This document shows positions 1-7,322 of a stretch of DNA of 10,688 bases, one piece after another; position 1 is the first letter of the stretch; every line of letters begins with the position of its first letter. A model generated the notes under the pieces. That model saw only the letters and a program-made list of their open reading frames with translations. It was not told the origin of the DNA and ran no database searches. The translations under genes and the position numbers were made by a program. This DNA is from a bacterium (lineage in GTDB: Bacteria > Arandabacterota > Arandabacteria > Arandabacterales > JALGWA01). The DNA lies in assembly GCA_050125095.1 (NCBI GenBank), contig JASFEA010000109.1, positions 1 to 10,688 of the forward strand. Reading direction: 5' to 3'.

Positions 1-120
1 GACGGGCTGCTCCGCGCGAATGTCGAGCTCGTGAGCACCTCGGTTCCGCCGAGGGTGGTCCTCGAGAGACTTATCTCCACTCTGGGGGTTGAGGCTTGCA
101 GTATAGCCGGCGGAAAATGA
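1..120 (+). CDS. holA: 3' end of an upstream gene, probably DNA polymerase III delta subunit (partial)
   Basis: Frame 1 is open from base 1 to TGA at 118-120 and reads DGLLRANVELVSTSVPPRVVLERLISTLGVEACSIAGGK*. This resembles the HolA C-terminal pattern (L..aD..lK.....p...LE.li..l). The stop overlaps the holB ATG (ATGA, 117-120). Only 39 residues are visible. Confidence 0.5.
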   Translation, partial: DGLLRANVELVSTSVPPRVVLERLISTLGVEACSIAGGK

Positions 121-1475
121 TAGGCAACAGCGAGGCCTTCGGTTTTCTCAAAAGGGTCGCCAGGTCCCGCAGCGTGGGACATGCCTATCTTCTAACGGGA
201 CCCGAAGGGGTGGGCAAGAAGCGGGCCGCGCTCGACTTCGCCCGGGCCCTGAACTGCGCCTGTTCGGGCGGGGATACGTGCGAGTCGTGCAGGTCCATGG
301 ACACGCTCAACCATCCCGAGCTGCTCCTCATCGTGGACGCAAACAAGCCTCGCTGGTTCGAGCGGGACGAGTTGAGGGAGCTTCTCGGCCTTGCGGCAGA
401 CGGCTGGCGCGAGCGTTATGCCGAAACCGTCGCGGCCCTCGCCGACGGGGAATACCTCGAGGAGCCTCTTCCGGACATCGACCGCGACCCTGCGGTCGAC
501 GGTTTCAGCATTTCCACCGACCATCTCTTCGGGAAAGGCAGCGTGCCCTCAAGGGAATGCTACACGCCCGCGCGGATCGCCGAGGCCATGCGGAAAGCCT
601 ACGACCAGGGAAAGCTCCCCGAGACCGAATACAGGCTGCTCAGGCTGCTTTTCGAGTACCCTCTGTCCGTCATGCCCTATCGCGGGGCGATTCCGATTGC
701 CTACGTCACACCCCGCCAGGGCTGGCAGTACATCAGGCCCGTGCAATCCTTCCTGGCCAGGCGGAGCCTGGTGGACGGCAGGAAGGTGGTTATCATAGAC
801 GACGCCCACAAGATGACGCCGCAGGCCCAGAACTGCCTGCTCAAGACTCTTGAGGAGCCGCCGGAGGACTCCGTAATCATTCTCATAACCTCCGAGGTGG
901 AGACCCTCTTCGAGACCATAGTGTCCCGCTGCCAGGTCCTGCGTTTCAAACGCCTTAAGGCTGAAGAGATGGCAGGGGCGGTCGCGTCGCTGTTGGGCGA
1001 CAAGGGGGACAGGGCGGATATCATTACGGCGCTTTCGGGGAACTGCCCGGGCCGCGCTCTCGAACTGGGCCTATCGCGGGTGGAAGAGCGCCTTGATGCA
1101 GTCAGGGATCTCCTGGACAGCCTGGTTGAAGGCAGGCCCGAATGCGTGTTCGCTTTCACGCGGTCGGTCCTCGGCGAGGGCTCTCAGCACAGGCGCAAGC
1201 TCCGCAGCTCGGTAAGGACGACGCTGGAGCTCCTTGTATTCTGGCTGATGGAAGTGATACGCCTGAAGTGCGGGATAGGAGGATGCGCGCTTCCGGCCAA
1301 GTACGAGGCTTCTCTGAGGAAGCACGCCGGCGCGCTCGACGAGGCCACATTACTCGCCATGTCCAAGGAGATCGAAGACACGTTCGACATTATCCCTTAC
1401 AATATCGACCTCAGTCTTCTTCTCGATGCCACTCTGCTCAAGGTCGGGACCGGGATCGGCAGCGGGGTTAGATGA
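117..1475 (+). CDS. holB: DNA polymerase III delta-prime subunit (clamp loader) with a large internal insertion
   Basis: HAYLLTGPEGVGKK (Walker A-like), Cys cluster CACSGGDTCESC, NHPE, KVVIIDDAHKMTPQAQNCLLKTLEEPP and the SRC motif (TIVSRCQ). ATG 117 is preferred over TTG 96 because of the ATGA coupling and the typical MIGN start. Confidence 0.88.
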   Translation: MIGNSEAFGFLKRVARSRSVGHAYLLTGPEGVGKKRAALDFARALNCACSGGDTCESCRSMDTLNHPELLLIVDANKPRWFERDELRELLGLAADGWRERYAETVAALADGEYLEEPLPDIDRDPAVDGFSISTDHLFGKGSVPSRECYTPARIAEAMRKAYDQGKLPETEYRLLRLLFEYPLSVMPYRGAIPIAYVTPRQGWQYIRPVQSFLARRSLVDGRKVVIIDDAHKMTPQAQNCLLKTLEEPPEDSVIILITSEVETLFETIVSRCQVLRFKRLKAEEMAGAVASLLGDKGDRADIITALSGNCPGRALELGLSRVEERLDAVRDLLDSLVEGRPECVFAFTRSVLGEGSQHRRKLRSSVRTTLELLVFWLMEVIRLKCGIGGCALPAKYEASLRKHAGALDEATLLAMSKEIEDTFDIIPYNIDLSLLLDATLLKVGTGIGSGVR

Positions 1476-1639
1476 CTGTGCATTTTGGGGGTCAGGTCTT
1501 GAAATGCACAGTGGCCGGCCTCTGGCGTTTTGCTTGGCGTTCCACCGGTGGCTTCTTTACAACACGAAGCCTCGGCGGAACGCCTTCACATCCACGGACT
1601 GTTGTGCATTTCAAGACCTGACCCCAAGACCTGACCCCA
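1475..1639. mobile_element. REPIN/MITE-like non-autonomous palindromic element
   Basis: Perfect 23-bp inverted repeat GGGGTCAGGTCTTGAAATGCACA (1488-1510) / TGTGCATTTCAAGACCTGACCCC (1603-1625), with an internal hairpin at 1536-1584, a tandem AAGACCTGACCCC x2 (1613-1638), and an extra 11-bp inverted repeat at 1475-1485/1502-1512. The repeats are directly visible; mobility is inferred. Confidence 0.6.
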
Positions 1640-1652
1640 TTGGAATTACCTG

Positions 1653-1681
1653 TTGTCTCGGGCTTTTCGTCCCGCTATACT
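1653..1681 (+). promoter_or_regulatory. sigma70-type promoter for cdaR-tsaD
   Basis: TTGTCT (1653-1658), a 17-nt spacer and TATACT (1676-1681), followed by RBS AGGAGG (1691-1696) and ATG 1701. Confidence 0.7.
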
Positions 1682-1700
1682 GCTGGCGGTAGGAGGCATT

Positions 1701-2708
1701 ATGAGATTACCGGCGGCAATGAGACGCAACTGGGGCATGAAGATCGCAGCCCTTGCATTTTCGCTCTTCCTCTGGTTCAACATAGCCGGGAGGAGAGAGA
1801 TCGAGGTGGTCATGAGCCTGCCGGTGCGTTATACCAATATGCCGCCCGACATGACTTTTGTCGCTGAAGTGCCGGTCGAGGCGAAGGCCCGAGTCAGGGG
1901 CCGGGGCAGGTTCCTCAAGTGGCAGCTCGAGGACGTCTACTTCGGCATCGACCTCTCCGCGGCCGGGGAGGGCATTGTGACGCATGTCGTCAGCCCAGGC
2001 GAGGCGATTGTGCCCCCGGACAAGGACGACGTGGAGGTGCTTGAGGTGGTGGAGCCGAAGGCCATCCGCGTCGAGCTGGACAGGCTGTCGACCAAGGAGA
2101 TACCGGTTGAGCCGGTCATGAGGGGAGAGCTCGACAGCCATAAAGTGCTGGTGGGTAGGGCCAGGTCCGACCCCGCCGTGGTCGTCGTGGCGGGCGCGGA
2201 CAAGCTCATCGGCAACCTCAAGGGCATCACCACCGACGCCGTCGACATAAACCAGCTGGCGAGGAGGGACTATGTCGAGACGGCCATAGACCTCTCGAGC
2301 TGGGCTTTCGTCGAGAGCGACCCCGCCGCTGTGCGTATAAGCGCCCGCATCGAAGACCGCAAGGAGCTCGGCATTCCCGCGGTACCCATCGAGCCCGTTG
2401 CCGACAAGTCTCTCAAGGTCAAGTTTACGCCGGAGTCGATTGACATCGTGATTTCGGGTGCGGCGTCGCATGTGGACTCCCTGCACCCCGAAGACGTGCG
2501 GCTGCTCGTCGATCTCGGCAACCTCCCCAAGGGGCAGATCGTCCTGACCCCCCGGGTTGAAAACGACGTTCTCCGTTTCGAAGGCAAGGTGGTGGCAAGG
2601 GGAGAGGAAGGGCTGCAGCCTTTCGTCGTGAGAGCTCGGCTGGAGGCGCCATACCGCTTCAATTTCGTGTCGGTAACCGCGATCGATATCGGCCTTGTCA
2701 TCAGGTAA
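1701..2708 (+). CDS. CdaR/YbbR-family membrane-anchored protein
   Basis: N-terminal RNWGMKIAALAFSLFLWFNI anchor typical of CdaR/YbbR, followed by repeated beta-rich YbbR-like units (LPVRYTNMP..VRG, EIPVEPVMRG..PAVVVVAG, FTPESIDIVISG..LVDL). Strong RBS before ATG 1701. Confidence 0.8.
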   Translation: MRLPAAMRRNWGMKIAALAFSLFLWFNIAGRREIEVVMSLPVRYTNMPPDMTFVAEVPVEAKARVRGRGRFLKWQLEDVYFGIDLSAAGEGIVTHVVSPGEAIVPPDKDDVEVLEVVEPKAIRVELDRLSTKEIPVEPVMRGELDSHKVLVGRARSDPAVVVVAGADKLIGNLKGITTDAVDINQLARRDYVETAIDLSSWAFVESDPAAVRISARIEDRKELGIPAVPIEPVADKSLKVKFTPESIDIVISGAASHVDSLHPEDVRLLVDLGNLPKGQIVLTPRVENDVLRFEGKVVARGEEGLQPFVVRARLEAPYRFNFVSVTAIDIGLVIR

Positions 2709-2727
2709 CCCGGCCGAAGTGTCCGCC

Positions 2728-3738
2728 ATGAAGATCCTTGGAATAGAGACTTCCTGTGATGAGACAGCGGCCGCCGTTCTCGAAGGCGGCAGGCTGCTCT
2801 CCAACGTGGTTCAGTCCCAGGCGATCCACGGCGAGTTCGGCGGAGTGGTGCCCGAGATCGCCTCGCGCGCGCACATCAGGGCGATCGTTCCCATAATGAC
2901 GCGGGCCCTGAGGGCCGCCGGCACCGATCTCGAGTCAATCGACGCCGTCGCGGTGACCTTGGGCCCGGGCCTGATCGGGGCCCTGATAGTGGGGGTCTCA
3001 TTCGCCAAGAGCCTCTGCTTCGCGACCGGCAAGACTCTCATCGGCGTCGATCACATCGAGGCACATGTCTCGGCGACCTACCTTTCATTCGGAGAAATTG
3101 AGAGACCCTTCGTGAGCCTGGTGGCCTCAGGCGGGCACACCCACCTCTTCCTTGTCGGTGAGGGGCTCGCCATGTCCCTGGTCGGTGCAACCCGCGACGA
3201 CGCCGCGGGCGAGGCGTTTGACAAGGTGGCGAAGATGCTCGGCCTGCCGTATCCGGGCGGGCCCGAGGTCGAGCGGGTGGCCGCGGAGGGCAATCCCTCC
3301 GCGATCGACTTCCCGCGCCCCGTTCTCGACAAGGCATATGATTTCTCGTTCAGCGGGCTCAAGACGGCAGTCAGGTATTTCATCGACGACCACAGGAGCG
3401 GGATGTCGCCCGGGCTCATGTCCGACATAGCCGCCGGCTTCCAGGAGGCCGTTGTGGACGTTCTGGTTCTCAAGACGCTTGCCGCCGCGAAGTCGCTCGG
3501 GGTCGACACCATTTCGGCCGTGGGAGGAGTGGCTTCCAACTCCCGGCTTCGCGCCAGGCTGGAGGATGAGGGCCGCGCCGCCGGCCTCGACGTGCTCCTG
3601 CCGCCGGCCGAGTTCTGCACGGATAACGGCGCCATAATAGCGGAGGCAGGCTACCTTAAGCTCAAGAGAGGCGAGAGTACAGGCCTCTCGGCCGCTCCCT
3701 ATTCGACTCGGCGCTATGAACGCGCGGACATTGCATGA
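2728..3738 (+). CDS. tsaD: tRNA N6-adenosine threonylcarbamoyltransferase TsaD
   Basis: MKILGIETSCDETAAA, GGVVPEIASRAH, GPGL, the HIEAH metal motif, SGGHT, TRDDAAGEAFDKVAKMLGLPYPGGP, FSFSGLKTA and CTDNGA. Confidence 0.97.
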   Translation: MKILGIETSCDETAAAVLEGGRLLSNVVQSQAIHGEFGGVVPEIASRAHIRAIVPIMTRALRAAGTDLESIDAVAVTLGPGLIGALIVGVSFAKSLCFATGKTLIGVDHIEAHVSATYLSFGEIERPFVSLVASGGHTHLFLVGEGLAMSLVGATRDDAAGEAFDKVAKMLGLPYPGGPEVERVAAEGNPSAIDFPRPVLDKAYDFSFSGLKTAVRYFIDDHRSGMSPGLMSDIAAGFQEAVVDVLVLKTLAAAKSLGVDTISAVGGVASNSRLRARLEDEGRAAGLDVLLPPAEFCTDNGAIIAEAGYLKLKRGESTGLSAAPYSTRRYERADIA

Positions 3739-3768
3739 TGCAACAGACATTGCAGTTTGCATTGCAGT
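3727..3768. promoter_or_regulatory. TGCA-rich repeat cluster, candidate enhancer (UAS) for a sigma54 activator
   Basis: TGCA at 3732, 3739, 3751, 3758 and 3763; palindromes TTGCAT-G-ATGCAA (3731-3743) and TGCAA-N6-TTGCA (3739-3754). Lies about 100-140 bp upstream of the -24 box. Confidence 0.4.
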
Positions 3769-3869
3769 CCGCGGCCGGAGCCCGCCGGACGGCCAGCTGC
3801 CCCCCTGCTAACCTGTTAGTTCATAACGCCTAATCGCGGTCAAGTTCATAGCCCCGACTTCGCCTCTGG

Positions 3870-3885
3870 TGGCACGTTTATTGCG
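3870..3885 (+). promoter_or_regulatory. sigma54 (RpoN) -24/-12 promoter
   Basis: TGGCACG-TTTA-TTGCG matches the consensus TGGCACG-N4-TTGCW at all but the last base, with exact GG-N10-GC spacing. It is intergenic and about 50 nt upstream of ATG 3937. Confidence 0.8.
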
Positions 3886-3936
3886 AATTGAGCCTCTGAC
3901 ACAGGATAGGACCGTATACATCAGGAGTAGGGGACT

Positions 3937-4920
3937 ATGGAAGAAGGGCCTTCGAGGCAGGCCTGGGTGCTTGTCGTGGACGACGAGGAGCCCATCCGCA
4001 AGATCGTTTCGTTCCAGCTGGAGAAGGCCGGATACGAAGTGACCGCATGCGCCGACGGCGAGGAGGCGCTCTCCATCGTCGAGGAGCGCGAGCCGGACCT
4101 TATACTCCTCGATGTCATGATGCCGAATGTGGACGGCTATGAAGTCTGCAAGCGCCTTAAGTCCAACTACCAGACGAGCCACATACCCATCATAATGGTC
4201 ACGGCCAAGTCGGAACTCGAGAACAGGCTGCAGGGTTTCGAGGACGGTGCCAATGACTACATTACCAAGCCCTTCGCGATCACCGAGCTCCTGGTAAGGG
4301 TCAAGAACGTGCTTCAGTGGAGCCAGCTGCAGCGACAGGCCAATCCGCTCACCGGCCTCCCGGGCAATGTTTCCATAGAGCGCGAAGTCGAGAGGCGCGC
4401 CCAGGCGAACGGGAGCTTCTCCTTCATGTATGCGGACATAGACAACTTCAAGGCCTTCAATGACTACTACGGCTACAGCAGGGGCGACGACGCCATCAAG
4501 ATAACCGCCGAAATCCTCACTGATGTCGTCAAGGAGAGGGGCAATCCGGACGACTTCGTCGGGCATGTGGGCGGCGACGACTTTGTGGTCATAACCTCCA
4601 TGGACAAGAGCGATCTCATCGCGCGGGAAATAACGAGGACCTTCGACAAGTCGATAACGCGCCTTTTCGACCATGAAGACATTGAGAGGGGCTACGTGGA
4701 AGTAGTAAACCGCAAGGGGACAGTGGACAGGTTCCCTCTGCTGACCATGACGATAGCGATCGTCTCAAGCGAGAACGGTTCTATCGCGCACTCCGCCCGG
4801 TTGAGCGACATAGCATCGGAGCTTAAGCGTTACGGCAAGACGCTCGAGGGCAGTGTGGTGGTTAAGGAAAGGAGGAAGGAGGGGCATCCCGCCCCGGTCG
4901 GAGGGACTGACGAAGAGTGA
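3937..4920 (+). CDS. Response regulator with a GGDEF-family diguanylate cyclase output domain (GGDDF variant)
   Basis: REC domain: VLVVDDE, LILLDVMMP (phospho-Asp), VTAK, ITKPF. GGDEF domain: ANPLTGLPGN, YADIDNFKAFNDYYGYSRGD, FVGHVGGDDF. Purine-rich RBS AGGAGTAGGGG upstream. Confidence 0.92.
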   Translation: MEEGPSRQAWVLVVDDEEPIRKIVSFQLEKAGYEVTACADGEEALSIVEEREPDLILLDVMMPNVDGYEVCKRLKSNYQTSHIPIIMVTAKSELENRLQGFEDGANDYITKPFAITELLVRVKNVLQWSQLQRQANPLTGLPGNVSIEREVERRAQANGSFSFMYADIDNFKAFNDYYGYSRGDDAIKITAEILTDVVKERGNPDDFVGHVGGDDFVVITSMDKSDLIAREITRTFDKSITRLFDHEDIERGYVEVVNRKGTVDRFPLLTMTIAIVSSENGSIAHSARLSDIASELKRYGKTLEGSVVVKERRKEGHPAPVGGTDEE

Positions 4921-7283
4921 ACCTGAACCAGACGACCCGGTTCTGTCTCTACCTTGAGGCCAGGGCCTACATACTTTTTTTCATCGCTCTCTCGGCTGCG
5001 TTTTTCGGGGCCGAGATGAGTTCTGTTCTGGCGGTGGGCGCAGCTCTGGCGTTTGTTCTGCTCGCCGCGGCTCCCCGGCTGGTATTCCCAGACGGGAATA
5101 TCAGGAAAGATATGTGCCACAACCTGTTCGCGCTTGACCTGGCCGCGACTCTCGCGATTGCCTCGGTCATGTCGTTCAATACCCTGCTGTGGTTGGGATT
5201 CGTTGCAATGGTGCAGCTCGGCTTCGTCATCCATACCGGCAAGCGCGGGGCCATAGGGTATCTTGGCGTGGCCTCGGCGCTCATAATCGGGAGCGGGCTG
5301 GCGTCATATCTCGGTCGCTATTCGTCCAACTTCCTCTTCTCCATTCCGCTTTGCGCCGTCGGTTTCCCCGCGTTCGTCAAGTCGCTTTCCCCGGGCACGG
5401 CGGATTCGCTGGACATCTTCCCGGAGGAGGGCCCCGAAGTCCTGGTTGGAGGGCCGCTCCAGGAGAACATAACCCAGCTCTACAGGACCAGCATGGCAAC
5501 GTCTCAGGAGACCGAGCAGGGCGGCATAATGGACATACTGGCTCGCGACGCCAAGGCACTTCTGGGCACCGAGACCGCCAGCGCGGCGCTGTTCCTCGAG
5601 AGGGACCTGCTGTCCAGCGTGACCGTGGGCATAAGCAGCGAGTTCAAGAGGAAGCTCAGATGGAGAGTGCGCAAGGGCGGCATGACCGACTGGGTGCTGA
5701 CAAATGGGGAGCCCCTCATTATCAACGACGCCTCCGGGGACGCCAGGTCCAGCCAGTCATCCGCCGTGATATACGGCAAACTCAAGTCCATTCTCGCGGT
5801 CCCGCTCAAGGCGAAGGGCGAGCCCTTCGGCGTTCTCTACGTAGGCGATACCAATAAGCGCCAGTTCGGGCAGCACGATGTGATGCTGCTCACCATACTC
5901 GCCAACCATACGGCGGTTACCATCATGGAGACCCGGCTCGCCGAGGAGCTCCATAGGAAGCTCTCAGAGCTCGAGCGCGCCCACAGGGAGCTCGTGGGAA
6001 GCGACCAGCTCAAGTCGGAGTTCATATCGACTGTGACGAGCCAGATGAGGATGCCGCTCGACGCGATCAGGAGCTATTCCCAGACGGTGCTTCAGAGGAT
6101 AGACGACCAGGGCTTCCCGCTTAAGAAGAAGTTCCTGGGCGCGGTTGTGGACGAGTCGGCCAAACTCTTAAGTACGGTAAACAGCGTCATTGATCTCTCG
6201 CGCATGGAATTCGGGGAAGGCGATCTCCGGCAGGAGAACGTGAGTGTCCGCGAGGTGATCAAAGACGTCTGCGCGATACATGAGCCTGTATGTGTTGAGA
6301 GAGAGATAGACGTGGTGGTCGAGGGCGGCGAAGGTGATCCGAGCGCGTATGCAGATAAGGATATGATGTATCTACTCCTGAAAAACCTTGTCGAGATAAG
6401 TGTGAGCTTCGCCAAAAAGTCCACGTCCGTTAGGATAAGTCTCGGCGAGGACGAGTCTTTCCTGAAAATCCGCATGTCCTTCCGGCCCTCACCCCCGTCT
6501 ATCGAAATCGCCGGGCTCTTGAATGCCGTCTGGAGCGATGAAAAAGCGCCGCCGGATTCGGGCTCGCTCGGACTCTCGCTGCAGGTGTCCAAGAATATCG
6601 CCCTGAGGCATGGAGGTCGAATCTGGGCCGAGACCCATGACCCGAACATGTGGAACCTCAACGTGCTTTTCGCCAAGAGCCAGAGGCCGGTCATCCCGGT
6701 CGACCTCATGTTCGATACGTTGAGTTCGCGCCCCGACCTCAAGAAGATGCTGGATCTCGTCGCGGACATGGTTTGTAAGGCGATGGACGCAGCCCGCTGC
6801 TTCCTCTATCTGGAGGATACGGCCACTCGCAGCCTCGCCCTGGAGGGTGGCGCGGGACCGCCGCCCGGGGAGGCCGCCGGACCTTTGAGCCCGCGGGCCG
6901 GCCTGGCGAATAAGGTATTCGAGAGGGGCAATCCCATTATCCTCAACTCGGGCGAAGAAGCGGCCGAATTAAAGATAGGCGCTGAATCGCCAGTTGAGGC
7001 ATACCCGTGCGCTTTGGTGCCGGTGCGCGCCGGTGAGCGCGTTATCGGCGTCATAGGCGTCGAGGGTGGAAAGAGGCGCGCGCGCGCCTTCGACCGTGAG
7101 GAGGTCGCGCTGCTGGTGGCGCTCGCCGACAGGATAGGAGTGGCCTTCGACCGGGCGACATCGTATGAAAGCGCGCGGAACCAGCTGGTAAGCGTCATGC
7201 AGTCGATCAAGTGGGTGCTTGAGGCGAGGGGTGTCGCAAGGGCCGCGGAGCCCGAACTCCATTCCAGCAAGGCCGCTCACTGA
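4917..7283 (+). CDS. Membrane-bound GAF / degenerate histidine kinase / GAF protein (pseudokinase)
   Basis: About 6 hydrophobic N-terminal segments; GAF (GMTDWVLTNGEPLIIND..SILAVPLKAKGEPFGVLYV..F...DVMLLTILAN); HisKA-like DQLKSEFISTVTSQMRMPL lacking His; eroded HATPase (..HGGRIW); C-terminal GAF (CALVPVRAGERVIGVIGV..FDREEVALLVALADR). GTG start overlaps the upstream TGA (GTGA). Confidence 0.85.
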   Translation: MNLNQTTRFCLYLEARAYILFFIALSAAFFGAEMSSVLAVGAALAFVLLAAAPRLVFPDGNIRKDMCHNLFALDLAATLAIASVMSFNTLLWLGFVAMVQLGFVIHTGKRGAIGYLGVASALIIGSGLASYLGRYSSNFLFSIPLCAVGFPAFVKSLSPGTADSLDIFPEEGPEVLVGGPLQENITQLYRTSMATSQETEQGGIMDILARDAKALLGTETASAALFLERDLLSSVTVGISSEFKRKLRWRVRKGGMTDWVLTNGEPLIINDASGDARSSQSSAVIYGKLKSILAVPLKAKGEPFGVLYVGDTNKRQFGQHDVMLLTILANHTAVTIMETRLAEELHRKLSELERAHRELVGSDQLKSEFISTVTSQMRMPLDAIRSYSQTVLQRIDDQGFPLKKKFLGAVVDESAKLLSTVNSVIDLSRMEFGEGDLRQENVSVREVIKDVCAIHEPVCVEREIDVVVEGGEGDPSAYADKDMMYLLLKNLVEISVSFAKKSTSVRISLGEDESFLKIRMSFRPSPPSIEIAGLLNAVWSDEKAPPDSGSLGLSLQVSKNIALRHGGRIWAETHDPNMWNLNVLFAKSQRPVIPVDLMFDTLSSRPDLKKMLDLVADMVCKAMDAARCFLYLEDTATRSLALEGGAGPPPGEAAGPLSPRAGLANKVFERGNPIILNSGEEAAELKIGAESPVEAYPCALVPVRAGERVIGVIGVEGGKRRARAFDREEVALLVALADRIGVAFDRATSYESARNQLVSVMQSIKWVLEARGVARAAEPELHSSKAAH

Positions 7284-7322
7284 CGCACGCGCCGGGCCGA
7301 TCACGGGGGGACGACGAAAATA

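Noticed and set aside
336-710. Intein in holB
   Set aside because: No N-terminal Cys/Ser splice block, no C-terminal HN-C/S/T and no LAGLIDADG motifs.
1475-1639. CRISPR array or tRNA
   Set aside because: The repeats are inverted or directly abutting rather than regularly spaced, there are no cas genes, and no cloverleaf or T-loop GTTCRA context is present.
1426-1692. 88-aa ORF across the repeat element
   Set aside because: It overlaps the holB end, the palindromic element and the promoter, and has no recognisable protein features.
96-2727. ORF-track starts at 96, 1653 and 2695
   Set aside because: ATG 117 (ATGA coupling), ATG 1701 (AGGAGG RBS; 1653 is the -35 box) and ATG 2728 (canonical TsaD N-terminus) are better supported.
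1707-2804. 365-aa minus-strand ORF
   Set aside because: Antisense shadow of the YbbR-like gene and tsaD with no recognisable motifs. Such ORFs are expected in GC-rich coding DNA.
3766-3805. Intrinsic terminator after tsaD
   Set aside because: A GC-rich imperfect stem is possible, but there is no U-tract.
4430-4500. Hypr-type (cGAMP-making) GGDEF
   Set aside because: The specificity position retains Asp (GYSRGD) rather than the Ser of GacA-type enzymes.
4917-7283. Pseudogene call for the degenerate kinase
   Set aside because: The ORF is full-length, uninterrupted and translationally coupled, with GAF motifs preserved.
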